The notes under the pieces are model-generated. The model was not told the DNA's origin. It saw nothing but the letters and a program-made list of their open reading frames with translations, and did no database searches. Position numbers and translations under genes: made by a program. A stretch of 64,000 bases of DNA, from IMG/VR virus record IMGVR_UViG_3300021387_000299, positions 64,001-128,000 of that record; one strand, given 5' to 3'. The stretch comes from a virus (lineage: Duplodnaviria; Caudoviricetes). Shown here in pieces: positions 25,728-40,400 of the stretch (its first letter is position 1; each line of letters begins with the position of its first letter).

Positions 25728-26606
25728 TTATTCTTCTCCCAATTCATGCCATCTGAGTCTATCATTAATTTCAGTTACACTAGAATTGAGATAAGTAATT
25801 GCAGAACCTACATCTAAGAAGCTTCCTTCTACTGGAGTAAAGGTTCCCATTGTAGTTTCAAGAGAAGAAACTCTATCTTCTAGTCCGTCAACATTTTCAG
25901 TTCCATTTAAAGCATCTTCTAAAGCTGCTACTTTCGTTTGTAGCACTGTGATGTTTGAATTCATTGTCGCAGCATCATTAGGATGATCTTGAATTCAATC
26001 AGCAATTTCCTGCAAAGTATCTAAACTTTCAGATGCATCTTCTGGAATTAATAATTCTGCTACCTGTTCTGCCACAATAGTAGCAACAGATTTATTTGTA
26101 TCTGTGCCTATTAATGTGGCAACCTGAGTTTGGAGTAAAGTAATATCTGCTCTATCCTGTGCCGACATTTCAGCAGTTACTGTTGCCCAACTTCCATCTC
26201 CTCTTAAGAATTTTAGTTGGTCTCCTGCTACTGGAACTGGAACTAGTCCACTAATTCCATCTGTAGAAGCGGTTGCGCCAGTCATTACTGGAACTTGTAG
26301 AGCTTCAGTGACTGGCTTATTTACTCAAGCTCCTTCGCCATTTTCACCTGCAGTAGGATCATAAACGAGTAAATCGCCATCAGCTAAAGTTTCATTGTTG
26401 ACAATGATATCAGCAACATCATTGATACTAATATCGCCACTTGGATTAGAAGAAGATCCAGAAATTAATTTATTTCCAAGATATAGCTTACCAGTTTCAG
26501 CATTTGCACTTTCATATATAAAATATAAAGTATCTTGATCTTTAGTAGCTAAACTGTCATATAAAGCTTGCGTACCACGCATAAACTTTACATAATTAAT
26601 TGCCAT
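25728..26606 (-). CDS. Fibre-like structural protein with C-terminal coiled coil (292 aa, TGA=Trp)
   Basis: Three track ORFs in one frame, with junctions GEGA-W-VNKP and LDTLQEIAD-W-IQDHP. Also GLVPVP.AG..KFLRGDG.W, a common phage fibre motif. Confidence 0.75.
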
Positions 26607-26680
26607 ATTTTTATCCCTCCTTTTTCTTTTTTCTATACTATTTAAATTTTATATTAAAAAAATTAATAGTTTTTGTCCTT

Positions 26681-26725
26681 AAAAATAAAGAAGCAAGAAT
26701 CTTTAATTTTCTTGCTTCTTTATTT
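26681..26725 (-). terminator. Long hairpin terminator overlapping the last codons of the upstream gene
   Basis: 17-bp inverted repeat aaataaagaagcaagaa (26683-26699) / ttcttgcttctttattt (26709-26725), with the TAA in the loop. Confidence 0.75.
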
Positions 26726-29700
26726 GAATTATTGGAGCATTATCTGAATAAATGGTAAATATTTGCTCAGTAGGATCTCAATTAAATGAAATTGAATTTT
26801 CTGTCTCACTATAGGCTAAAGGATGATTATTATGTTTAATAGATGAATTATTTACTTCTAATACATTTATAGGAACTGTAAGATCATATGAAAGTGGAGT
26901 TATAGTATAATTAAATACTCCTGCATTTCCGCTTCCGCCTCCTCCACCTGATCGTTGATATTCAATAGTAATTTTTGCTATCTTGGTATTCTTTAATCAA
27001 GTTCTATTATTATAGGTTGTTTCAAAATCTCCGACCTCTCCATTTCAAAAAATTCTATCAATTATATTATTACTGTTATCATAAAAAGTGAAAATAAAAG
27101 GCATATTTCCGCCATATACATAAGATCCACTAAAAGAAACAATCTCTTCTGCAATATTTGCTTTAATAGACAATCCACTAAACACAGATATATTTGCGCT
27201 ATCTTGTAAATTTGAACCACTATAAATCGTTTGAGGGTTTGTCGGTACCTTTTCTTGCGCAAACGTAAAGCCTTCTCCTCGGATTTCAACATTTTTATTA
27301 TCATAAGCAAGAATTTTTCCAGTTGTATTTTCTTCGTCATCCAAGAACGAAAGCATAGTGTTTAATTGATCTCTAATAGGTACAACATATTTTCTATATT
27401 GTTCTGGTAAATCTAAATTAATTTCATCTCCATCTAAAGACAACTCAATACTATTTTCAGCAGATTTTAATTTAATTGCAGATTCTGAACTTTGAGCAGT
27501 AAGTGTTTGAGTTACCCCATCTTTATCTCTAATATTAACGATTCCATAAGCATAACCCTTATCTTCTAATTGAGCCAATACATCTCTACATTGATTTATC
27601 ATACCTTGAATAGTATTAGAATCTCTAATATATTCATTATCTGACTGCAATATTTGAGATGTTTTTAATATCAATCCATACATTGTATTAAAATCTTCGC
27701 CCAATCCTTTAATTTCTTTAGCTGTCCAGGTTAAATTTCTAGATCCTAAAATACCATTAGTTGGAACGCTCTCTTCATTTCATTCCATTCCATTTGGTCA
27801 CTTTGGTTCGCTATCGCCAATAATATTACCAATACGTTCATAATAAACACCACTATCAGTATATTTAGTAACTTTTTGTTGTCCTGTTGTATCAATATAA
27901 TATGTATTTGGTGCAAATCAACGACATTGTTCTAATGGAATTTCTTGGAAATTTACGTTTAAAATACGAGTTTCGCCAACTAAAGGTCCGCCATTTTCTG
28001 TTAAATTAGCTTCATTAGGATCTGTTAAATGAAGTGCCGGATAATACTTATAATCTCCTTCAACTGTTAGATAATAAGAACCTCCAATAGAGAAGAAGAA
28101 TTTTTTTCTCGCATTAAAATCGACAATTCTGTAATATACTAATGACTCGCTACGATTTCTACCTTGAGAAGTTTTTAACCTTTCTAAATTTTCTAATACA
28201 AAAATTGTTTCTCCACCATAAAAATAAAAGTATTCTCCTTCTACAAAATCTTGCAATGAACTAAATCTAGAGCTTTCTACTCCAGCTAATACTTCTGCGG
28301 TGCCACCAGTAGGATTTCAATACTGATATAGTTTTACTTGCTGCGGTGTTGTTTTAGTTAAATTATTTCTACTTATTTCATCTAAAGTATAATATCCGCC
28401 TTCATCGCACAAATACATCGAAGCGTAATAATAAATTGGTGTCTCTTCTTGTAGATCGCTAAATTCAATTAAAGGTTGATTATAATAAGTTCCATTAGTA
28501 ATTCTTTCAACAATAGTAGTTTTATTACTATTTGTAAAAATTGTTAATATTCCCGAATTTCCTTCTTTAGAATACTCGTATCTATTTGCTGGTACTTCCA
28601 TACGCTTTTTTGCTTGACGAATAGGATCTGTTATATAAGCGCCTACTGTTCCCTGGGTAGGTTCTGCTTCTTTATAAAAAACATATCTACCATTTTCAGA
28701 ATATTCTCACTGAGAATTTCCAGTAATCGCTTTTAATGTAGCTTCCGTTGCCAAACGAGTTAATCCTGTTTGATTATCTTTAACATAATAAACATCTGGA
28801 ATATAAAAAGGTTTATCTATTTGATAATTAGCATAATCTGTTAAATCATAATAAATACCTTTTTTTGCAGAAAGATTATCATTATCTTTAATATAACAAA
28901 CAGTATTTACACCATATTGCTTAGAAGTATCATAATAATAATAAGAATGACCATCTTCTTTTTTATCTTGAGATTGACCAGCTTTTCATATTGGTGCATT
29001 TGTAATAAATCCATATGTTGCACCTTCAATAATGTCACTAGAATCTTTAACTTTTATATAATTGTTATACCCAGTTTTAAAAGCATCAACATAATCTTCA
29101 TCATAAGTTTCTTCATCCAATATTTCTGGATATTCTTCGGCAGTTTTTCTATAAAGATAAGAATATATATTATACTCTCCTTCATCTTCACCAACTATTA
29201 CCGGTATTTTATCAACCAAAAATTGTTTCGTATATTTTCCATTTTGATCAGGCTCTTCATCAATCATATATAATTTTTCATTAGAAAAATCTGAAACTAT
29301 ATCTGTTGGTAAAGTATAAATTTGTCTATAAGCATCAGCATTACTTACTATTGCATTGGTCTCATATTTTGTTCAATTATACTCTTTATTTTTTATATAG
29401 TATTTTCCATCAACAAAATAAATTTTTGCAGGATCTCAATTTTCAACGTTATCTAAAGAATCATATGATCTAATAATCATACCCATTAAATCATGTGCAG
29501 AATTAATAGTTCCAGCCATTGTTTTTAATGCATCATGATCAAGTACCTTATTACCAGCTACTTTTGTATACGCTCTTAATCCTTGAGTTGAGTTTCAGTA
29601 TGTATCAATATTTCTAAATCCTCTATTTTCTGCTTTAGACGCAAAAGCACTAGCCGTTTGATCTGTTAAATCATCAGGATTTTTATAATATAAACGAAGA

Positions 29701-30827
29701 CCATCGGTATTATAATAACGATTTTCTCCATAAATTAAATCTCAAATTTTAGAAATAGTTTCGCCAATAGATGGCAGCATAATACTTAACTCATACATAT
29801 CTGGAGCCATATCGGAAACACCACTTAATAAATCTTTATAAATTTTTCCGGATTTACCAGTAGGAGTAATAGAAATAAAATTCTTTGCTTTTCCATTTTC
29901 ATTAATGGCAGTTTTTTCACTTGTCTTTAACGAATCTAATGCATTAGAAGCACTAATAAATTTATTAAAGCCCTTCTTATTATAATAAATCGCTAAAGGA
30001 GAAGAACTAGAATCTCCTTCCAACGTATCATATCCACCTATTACATCAGAAGGATAATAATTTAAATCTTCTGAATAAGTAGCATTAACCTCTCTGCCAT
30101 TTATATATTTCTGAAGAGTTAAAGGAACTGCTCTTTTTACTCGCATACCCCAATTAGGTTGCATATGCAATCTATAAAAATTAATTGTAGAATCTGCTCC
30201 AAAATAAGGACTGCTTGGAATTACTGTCGGAGCGTCTATCCCTAAAGAAAAAGCAGGACTAAGTGCATTTAACTCGGCAATCATTATATATCTAGCTTTT
30301 CCGCCTTGATATGTTTTTTGCCATACGGTAGAATCTCATCCTCTACCAATATTCGTATATTGTTGTCCATCAACAATTAAATTCTTTTCATATGTAGAAT
30401 AATTTGCTGATACTTCATTACCAGATGTATAACTTATCTCTTGTGATAAAGATGGATAACGATACATTTTAGGAATCGTATATGAGGTATATTCATTATT
30501 ACTATTATACTCTCCAATAACTGTAATAATATCTCCATCTGAAATTGGAACTCCGCCATCTCCAAATGGAATATCTAAAGCCGCCATAATAGTTCCATTA
30601 ATTTTGTATCCAATTCTAACAGTTTTATCTATAACGTCGCCTTCGTGATAATCAACTAAAACATATCTACCATTTAATACTGGTTCAAGTTTTTCTGAGC
30701 CATCTTCTGTAATATAGTAGCCAAGCTCAGCCTCTTGGTCCATTGTTGCTCTATTGGGGAATATTCTATCAAATTGAAAATTTATTTTTTGTAATTTAGA
30801 TAAACTTCCATAAAATCCGTTACTCAT
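26703..30827 (-). CDS. Large tail/baseplate-region protein of unknown function (1374 aa, TGA=Trp)
   Basis: Six track ORFs (30336, 29742, 28986, 28317, 27918, 27045) in one frame. ATG 30827 after GAGGGGG, TAA 26703. Tyr-rich. Confidence 0.65.
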
Positions 30828-30828
30828 A

Positions 30829-31164
30829 TTATGCCCCCTCTCCATATAAAATATCTACTATAAGATAATTATTTTGTTCTTTTTCAATTCTACTTAAACT
30901 AGAAGGATCAAAATCTAGTTTTCCAATTCTTAAAGTTCCAGTAGACATTAAATCATAAATTCCACTATTTCCCATAATAATCGGAAATACAGAATCATTT
31001 AAATAAAATTTGACTCCAGGGATTGTTTGCACACCCAACTGCATTATTGGCAAATAATTATAAAAAGCTTCTCCCGTTGATAATGATTCTTTTGTTAATT
31101 CTCTAGGAAAATTACGTTCATCGCCATCACCAAAATATCTCAATTGTATAAGATTTTTAGCCAT
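30829..31164 (-). CDS. Hypothetical tail-region protein (111 aa)
   Basis: RBS AAGGAG; intact ORF packed between two large genes. Confidence 0.7.
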   Translation of the reverse strand: MAKNLIQLRYFGDGDERNFPRELTKESLSTGEAFYNYLPIMQLGVQTIPGVKFYLNDSVFPIIMGNSGIYDLMSTGTLRIGKLDFDPSSLSRIEKEQNNYLIVDILYGEGA

Positions 31165-31178
31165 ATCTCCTTTCCCTC

Positions 31179-34100
31179 CTAATATATACGTTTTGTTGTC
31201 TGAATAGCACTAATATTCATTTGAGAATTAAGACCTAGCTGTATTGAAAATTTTTGTAAAATATATTCTCCAACCGCGCCAGTCTTCTTATCGTTCAAAT
31301 ATATTAATGTATTTGGAGATAAATAATATATTGGAATAGAATTAAAGGAAATAGTATTAATTGGATAAGCATATTGATATAAATAATCTTCAATTACATC
31401 CATAGCATTTTTTCCTCTTGTACTTAAAGTAAATATTCCTTTATAAATATTTGGAATTTTTATATAAGAATATCCTGGTTTTAACCATTTCTTTTGTACA
31501 TCTTCATCCCCAAAATCAAAAATAACATTCGGCGTTTCTCTAAAATAAATAGATTTTATTGCTGTATCATTTGCGGCTTTTGTCCTTTGACCTATAATAT
31601 TAACCCCATATTTATTAATATTATTACCATCGCCCGCATCCAAAAAATCAAATCAAAAATTTAAAAGTTCTGGATTATTTAAAATATTTATATTTCATCC
31701 ATCGCTATTAAAAGTGAAATTTCCATCAGATTTAAGCCATCTCTTAGGATCTTTTGTAGGCTCTGACTTATTGTTATTAGCTAAAGATAAATATACATTA
31801 GTTTCATCTTTATCAGATTTATATTGAACATAATCGCCTTTTTTATAACCTTCAGTATTATCTTCATCTCAAAAAGAATAACTATCATCTTTTATAAAAG
31901 CTGTTTTTCCACCTTCTTGAATAGTATATCTTCCAGTAGAAAATTCACCAGCATCGTTAATAGCATCTGGATTATATAACTCTCTCCAATATGCGACAAC
32001 GCCTTGGGATAAGTTCATTTCAAAATCTATATAATATTTTTCGTATCCAGTATAGCCTGCGGGATACAAGTAATCTCTTCCCCAAACATTATTATCTCTA
32101 ACCTTAATTAAAAAATCATCATCTCTATAATAACGACGATAATCTTGCGCCATTTGATAGATAATTTCTCTTCAATCTACAAGCTGATATGTTTCTGGAT
32201 AATAACTAGATAAATCTACAACTATTGGTTGTTCTGGACTTATAGTTGAATAATCATAGGGCATTTCACCAGGAAATGTAGGTTTATATACATACCAATT
32301 AGCTGTTCCATCAAGATTAAATTCTTGATAAATTCTTCCACCTGGAAGAAAATCTTGATACTTATGACCGCAATTTAAAATATGAGTACCTCATTGTTTA
32401 GTAATGTCATCTACTCAAATAACTTGAGCATTGGTGCTTTGACTATATCCTAAAGCATATTCATTACCAAGCATTTTCTGATTATCTTCTTTTGAAGGAT
32501 AAAAATCCTTTTCTGAAGAATATCTATAATTTCCAAGATGTTTAGAAGGATAATATTTTTTTAATTGTTCTTCTGTAAGATCATCAGGGAATTCTCCATC
32601 TTGTAATGCGGCAATAATAGCGTAATATTTCGCTCAGTCTAATACATTTCACCACTCTTCTGATAATCCATTAGGATTACGAGTTTTAGTATAATAGGCC
32701 GTTCTTTTTAATTGATTAATTAATCTGACATCCTTTTCTTGTGCATATTCATCCATTCTTTTAGTATATTCGCTCATGCCCTTTTCTGTAACATATATCA
32801 TGCCATCAAAATTTTTATATCACATAGGCTTATGATCTATGGCATAGCGCATATGAATAGGAATTTCAACATCCCCACTTTTACGACTTCCTCAAAGGGA
32901 ATAATCGTTTTTAATATTACCTACATTTGGAGTATTTGAAATGGTAGAAATTAAAGTATTTTCATCAAATACAAAACCATATTTAGAATTAAATTCTTTA
33001 TCTTCTACTCAAATTTCTCTATTAATATCATGTTCTCCAATAATGTTATTATAATTAACGTCTAGATATGTTCTTTTTCGTTGAAAAATAAAATGTCCAT
33101 CAACATCATAAAAATATTCAAAATTACCAAGCATTTTTACTAATTTGTCTAAAATTGACGTAATTGTTTCTCCAGGAGATCCAATCAAATCATAAGGATA
33201 TACAATATCACAAATGCGGTAGCCGCATACCTGCAACCCATTATCTCGTTCAATTTTTGCAACTGTATATATAGTATTGCTTCCTTTTAACTTCACTCTA
33301 GCACGGTAGTAATTCTTTGTCTCTGTAACAGCTCCAGAAGGATCTAATTGTTCTAATAATTTTTCATAACTGTAAGTTGGTGGGTTCAATGCGCCGGCTG
33401 CGGCCAACTTGCCCGTTTCTGCGATCTTTTCTATCTCACTAATTTTTATATCAAAATCAGTCCAATCCAAACTTTTTGGAGAATCGTTTACTCAATCTAC
33501 CAGCTCAACAGAAACTAATAAATCTGGATTAAAAACCATTTGGGCGACTTCTCTTGAGTCATTAGCACCACTTGCATCGTATTCAATTAAATAATAAAAT
33601 GGTGTCTTACCTTGATATTCCAATAATTCAATTCCATAATCATCTAAATCATTAACAATGATATTCTGTCAAGGTTCTTGCGCATATTCATGTACTGCTT
33701 GTAAAATTATATCTTTAATTGGAATTTGTGTATTTTTAATAGTACCATCTTCTAGGGTTTCATCCATTGTTCCAAAATCCCAAGAAGATGGAATAACTCC
33801 ACCAAAATCACCATTCAATAAAGCCATCTTATCTTTCCCCTGAAGAGAAATCGTATAGTTGTTTGCGCTTAAAGAACAAGAAAATGAAGATAATAAAAAT
33901 ATACCTTGATTAAATCAAATAATATCTGGATAAGTAGGATCTATATGATTTTCTAATCCTATCTCAATTTTAACCTTACTCTTTAACATTCAATAATAGT
34001 CATTGATATTTACTTCGTTTGCAACTAACGTCAAAGAACAAGTACGACGAACAGCAGAAGATCCATCAATGTTAATAGATCCTGCGGTTATACGTCCGGT

Positions 34101-34220
34101 GAATTCTTCTATTGGATATTCATTAAAATCTAAAGAGATAACTTTTGCCCAAGTAAATTGATGCTGATATTTACTCAATTGTTCTAAAAAATCTTCATTT
34201 AGCATAGGATTTTTTTGCAT
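31179..34220 (-). CDS. Putative baseplate hub / tail-tip protein (1013 aa, TGA=Trp)
   Basis: Track ORFs 33990, 33009, 31869 and 31179 in one frame. GSINIDGSSAVRRTCSLTL, GETITSILDKL..MLGNFEYFYDVDGHFIFQ and IPIYYL.PN..I motifs resemble hub proteins of Bacillota phages. Ends TAG. Confidence 0.65.
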
Positions 34221-34231
34221 AAATTACCTCC

Positions 34232-37200
34232 TTACTTCTTTGACATATAATCATTTAATACTCTAGTTAGCTCTGCAATATATTTTGAATATATTTCTAA
34301 AAGACCACCCGGTTTGCGCAAACGCACAGTTTTCTCTTCTCAAGTTAAGACTTTTTTATTTGCTACATCACCATTGAAAGCATCTAAAGCGTCCATATAT
34401 TTTTGTCGAATAGAAATAAAATCAGCATCAGTAGAGCTACTTTCTAATACATAATCAGTTGTAGTTTTTTGATAATATATATTAGCATAAACACCGTTAT
34501 TTAATAAAACATCTAAAGAATTTGCATCAAGATTATTTAATGTATATTTTTCTAATTCTGCAATACTAATATTTTCATCACCATGTTGGAAACTTGGGTC
34601 ATAGATAAAATCTTCTCCGACCTTATAAACATTACCATTTCATCCATCAATAACATATAAAGGTTCAGCATCCAATATTTCTCGTATTTCTTGATTATCT
34701 TCTAGTGCTAATTGCGCATATGCTAACGATTTATTTACAAGCTCTTCTTCAGCTGTCGTTGCCATTAGCAATCTATCTATAAAATATCTTTCAAGTAAAT
34801 GCTGATAATCATGATTTAATTCTGATACGTAATGATTGTTATTATCTAATTTTAATTGATGCTCAAAAACATTATTACCATCAATTGTCAGACCCTTTAC
34901 TACATAAAAGGCAAATGGTGCAAAGTCCATCATATTTTTATGCGTAAATGGAATTGGATTCGGCTCATAATCTAAATATAAATCAGTTCTAGTTTGATTA
35001 AAATAGCCAAAATTTTCATTATCTTGATCATCCACAATAGTGCCTCAAACATTTCCACTAGGAGCAAAAGAGGATACACTTCCATCATAATAGACATATT
35101 TAATTGGTCTACTAAAAATATCAATTTGATTAATATAGAAAACTTCTTCCTTTTTAGAAACATCTATTCCTTCCAATGTTTGTAATTCTTGGAAAATAGA
35201 TTTTTTGGTTGCCCCAACTAACTGTTTAGCTACGCCTATATTTGTATGAATATTTTCCATTAAATTAAATTCATTTCTATAATTATCTTCGCCCATATAG
35301 GAAATAGTAGGACTAGTTCCCATAAACACATTATTATTACCATCCGCAGATCCTAGAATATAAATACCATAGATTGGAGTTATATCATCAGCAATATAAT
35401 TTCCAGTTGCGCCAATAGTAATAATCAATCCATTATTGCGATTAATAGGTTCTCCCGGAATAAAAAGTCCATCTTGATTAAAAACTAACTGCACCTTTGT
35501 TCCAGGTTTTAAATCAAATAATCTTATAGAAGTTGTAAAAGCACCTTTTCTATCTGCAAAAAATAAATTATTAGAATGTCCATCTTTAAATGAAATATCT
35601 AACAATGATTGTTGTTTTAACGAAGTAATTTGTGAATATACCTGTTCTGCTGGAATTTCTTTTAATATTCCATATTTTATATAATTATTTCTATTTAAAT
35701 CTGCACACTCATATGCGGTCATTGTAACATTGTGTAGCATACGCCCTAAACTCTTTTCAGGTGATAAAGAAACATCCATTAGTCGCACAAGATAATTTCC
35801 TTCTGCGGGTGACTTAAATAGTTTTACTTGTCCATTATTTAGCCAATCTAAAACTTTTAATTTAAATAATCTTTCAGACTGAAGATTTCTTGAAACAAGA
35901 TCAGTATATTTATAAGAATTATGATCATGTTCATTATCATGTCTATGCTCGCGCAAATCTTCTCGATTAATTTCTTCATATGTTGTAAACAACTCATTAT
36001 CATCACTTAACATTGAAATTAATCCTGTAATTGGAAATGATTTATATCCAATTCTTGCGTTTCTAAAAAAGAACGGATATTTACTTCCAATAGTTTCAGA
36101 TCTGGCTTCAGCTAATTGTGTTTTAAAACTAGCAACTTGAGGATTAAATCTTAATTTTAATTGACGAGTTCCATCATATAAAAATATATCCTCAAAATCA
36201 GCATAAATTAAATTACTTTTCTTTCTATTTGTAAATAAACCTTGTTCATTGTATTGTTGCAAAGAATATGTGTAATATTTTCCCTGTTCAATATAAAAAT
36301 CTTTAAATAAAATTTTAGATTCGGTTATCTCATTATTGATAGAAAATTTATATAATTCTTCTCAATAACCAGGATTTAAAGAATCTTCTCTAGAAATTAC
36401 ATACATACCATTAGAAAACTCTGCACCCTCTTCATTATAAAGATATAAATCAATATAACCTTCATCATAATTTAATTCTGCTACAAGATTTCCTCCAACA
36501 GTAGTATCATAAGTTTGAATATTAGCTATAAAATATAGTGGACTAGATTTTATCAAACCATTTGTTGTTGTTACGGTGTATTTAATAGAATAAATTTCAT
36601 CATCTGGAATATCTCTATTAAATGCATAAGTTTCAGTTGCAATATATTCTTTTGAATCGTTTTGAATATTATGTAATAAATCTCCACTAGTATAAGCTAA
36701 AGTACCATCAGGATAAAAAATTTCAAATTTACTAGAATACACTTTTTCAGTAACATCTTTTCCTTCGCCCTGTTCAAAATAACCAACAAACTCTGGTGCA
36801 TTCTTATTAATTTCTGTATTTTCAAAACCTACAATTTTTACAACAGGATCAGAAGTACACTTAATAACTCCAACAGTAGAATAATAACCTTCATTTCCAT
36901 CTTCATCAAAAAAAGCTAATTGAATTTTATAATATTGTCCTATCTTAAATGAAAATAAATTTTCATCCTCATATAGTTTTCAATTTGTTATATAAAAAGT
37001 TACCTGCCCATTAGCATCAGCATCTAAAACTTCATAACGTCCTCCACAATCTGCAGCCTTTACAGAAGCTAAAAGAACATCATTTTGAACTGTTTTAATT
37101 TTTATTTTTGCTGATGTAACATTAGCGACATTAGTTGCTCTATTAAAAGTAAAGGGAATGGTCATTACTCCATTCCCTTTATCATCTAAGCTAAAAGCAG

Positions 37201-37240
37201 GCAACACTCCCTCAAGATAAGGGGGATACAATTTTGCCAT
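34232..37240 (-). CDS. Putative distal-tail/baseplate protein (1002 aa, TGA=Trp)
   Basis: Track ORFs 36980, 36362, 35045 and 34640 in one frame. ATG 37240 after GGAGG, TAA 34232. Contains ETIGSKYP...F.I.G and WLNNG..KLFKS..GN..V.L, reminiscent of Dit-like domains. Confidence 0.6.
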
Positions 37241-37255
37241 AACTTTTACCTCCAA

Positions 37256-37429
37256 TTACTCTGCATCTTCTGAAATTGGCTCAGCTGCTCTCTCTTGTGC
37301 CGCAGCCTCAGCTTCAATAATAACTTGCTGAAGCGCTTGCATACAATTACTCATTGTAATTGCATCATTACCCTTTACACTTATTTCCATAAGAGCACTT
37401 AAAATATTCTTTAACACCTGTGTATTCAT
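37256..37429 (-). CDS. Small hypothetical protein (57 aa, MNTQVLKNILSALMEISVKG...)
   Basis: RBS AAGGAG, ATG 37429, TAA 37256. Fills the gap exactly and falls below the track's length cut-off. Confidence 0.65.
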   Translation of the reverse strand: MNTQVLKNILSALMEISVKGNDAITMSNCMQALQQVIIEAEAAAQERAAEPISEDAE

Positions 37430-37455
37430 ATATCTTTCTCCTTTTTCTCTATATA

Positions 37456-40400
37456 TTAATTACCAGAATTTCAATCTTCTGGTATATCTACATCTAATTC
37501 TCTAAGCGCAGAAATTAATTTGTCAAACATATTATCAACTTCTTGCTTAGAATAATAATTGGATAAATTTACTGATGACGATGCTGGTGCTTGAATTATA
37601 GTGTTGCCAATTTGCGCAATATTGACAGCATCTCCCTCCAATTCATAAAGCGAAACATCACTTTCTCTTAAAAACTGATCATTTGTTTCATTTTTAAAGA
37701 AAGCTAAATCTTTTTCTTGAATAATTTGATTAACGGTTCCTTCTATTGCTGAGCTTGGAACAGTAACAACATCATTATTTGAAATTCAAGACTGATCATT
37801 ACCAATCTTTAAAGATCCATTTAATCTAATATCACCATTTACAATAAACTCTGAATAAGATTCAAGTTTACCATTTGATAAATTTAATCTTAATCCACGT
37901 CCTCCCTTACCATTATTTGGCTTCTGGAAATCTCGTGTTTGTAAATAATAATTTCCTTCACTCAGCACATCAGCTGGACTGTCTCCAATACTAATTAATC
38001 TAGAAAATGTACTATATCCTTCTGTACCGTCATTTTTCATACTATAAGAATCAATAGAAAAATAAGCACCGTTATTATCATCTCTTGGAGTAGCATCTAA
38101 AGTAATTTTAACACAATTTTCTTTATCATCTTCATTAAACATCTTTAAAGAATTTTCAGTTAAATGAAGTTGTAATCCAGTTGTTCCATTAGATTTTTGC
38201 CAGTTAGCACTTTCAATAGTTCCTTCATTTCCACTGAAATAAATTCTTCCGGTTCCATCTTTACCTAAAAAGGCTTCACCATCAGTGCCAATTCTGAATA
38301 CCGTTTCTCCACCATCAAATCCAAATAATCCACTTTCTGTTGGTTTGATATCACTTTTAGAATCTGTAATTGATCCAATTAAAACTCCAGATACGCTACC
38401 TTCTTTATTAATCTTTAAACTACTAGCCGCAGCATGTTGAATAACTTTACCACTATTATTTAACTCAGTATTATAAAAGCTACCATCATCAGCAACTAAC
38501 AAAGTGTCAAACCATCCTGTTATACCTGGAACATTAAATTTATTTTGAACTACCGCAATAGGAAAAGCAATAGTACAATTATCTCATTCATCGCTATATC
38601 TTAAACTAATTCCGATTTGCGGATGATCGTCATCTTGTTTAAATGTTTCAGTGGGTCGAATAATTCCATTTTCCGCAATTTTTAAATAACGTGCGGCAAA
38701 CTCTTTATCAATTTGCACTTCATCTTGAATTTCATAACGTGATTCTAATACACTGTTCGATGAATTAATAGGGATTGCGCATTGATCAATAATTTCTTCT
38801 AATTTTTTTTCATGCTCAGCCTGTTTTGTTTTAAATTCTTCTTTTTTTTGTTCTAACTGTTCGGCATTATTTTCATGATTTATTCATTGTAAAATAGATA
38901 ATCTATCAATCTCATCTTGAATACTTTGTTTTTCAATTTCTCATCTAGTATTTTCTTTTGAAATTTCTTGCTCATACCACAATGAAGCTTTAATTGCCGT
39001 ATTTTGTGGTAACATACAAGATAGATTAGAAGAAGTATCATAAACTATTACATTTGGCCCAAATACTTTGTATCCTAATTTAACAATAGGAATTGGTAAT
39101 AATTGATGATAAAGGATGTCAGTTGCACCATCCTCTTTTAAATACTGAGCATCAAGAATAACACCATAGGTATTATCTCATTTTATTCCAGTATTACCAG
39201 TAAATCAATTATTTCTATTATATTTAACAGCAACTTTAACATGTAATGGTGTTTCACCATTTTCTTTAAATTCTATTACTGTTAAAAATCTTAATTCTTT
39301 TGGATTACCATAGAAGAAGTTTTTTCCTTGTATCCATGGTAATATTATACTATTTTTTTCTTCGCTTGTCAAATTGATTTCTTTATTTTTTGCATCATAT
39401 AAATGAATTTCAATTTCTCGATAATAACTATTTTCATTTCCGATATAATCAGTAACAGCATTATCTTGTTCTCCAACAGCTTTAAACTCAATATCTCTTG
39501 CTATTCCAGTATTCAAACTACCAGCGCTTCAAATTTCATCATCCTCATAAAAAGCCCCTTTTGCTTTATCTAAAGTACCTTTTGAAATTGGACGAATCAA
39601 TTTGCCTAAATTTAAAGTAAACATATAATCAGAACCATCATAACTAAATTGACTAAATAAAAGTTCTTGAGTTACTTTAATTACTCCGGTTTTTTGAATA
39701 ATATAACATGCTATTGTATTGCGCGTTGCTGATGCTCTATAAGATTGCGCAATTTGATATTTTAATTGATACTTATCAACGCCATTTTTCTTAATATATG
39801 TGCTTGCAATATTATACGATATAAAGCTTGAATGACGTTTAAATAAATCATCATCTCTTTCCAATACTATATTATCTTCTAATTCAGAAGGTAAAATTGA
39901 AATCATTGATCGGGTATTTGCTACTGGAACTTCTCAAATTACAATATCGTCTGCGGGAAATAAATATGATCCAGCAGTATCCGATATGCAAACAGCTTCC
40001 ACTGTTCTAATTTCATTTGCATATTCCGAAGACACTATCATTCCAGTATTTCCATCGTATACTCGATATTCACCATTTAAACCATCGCTAAATGAAAAGT
40101 GAGCTAATTCATTTTTCTTAGCAGCTTCATCTAATATGTCACCTTCATTTGTAAATTCGATAACTGCGGTTTCACTTGGTGTTCTATAATATTTAGGACT
40201 TGCTATATCATAAGTTCCTTTTTTAATTTTGGTATTTCCTCAATCATCTATTTCTGTTGCTCAAGGGCCATATTCAATTATTACCTGATATTTAGTAGAT
40301 TTGCTATTAAAGTCTGGTAAAATTCCATCTTTTATAAAAAGATCTTCATCAATTAAACATCAGTCCTTCCCAGCTAAATTATTTTTAAAAGTTCTATTAT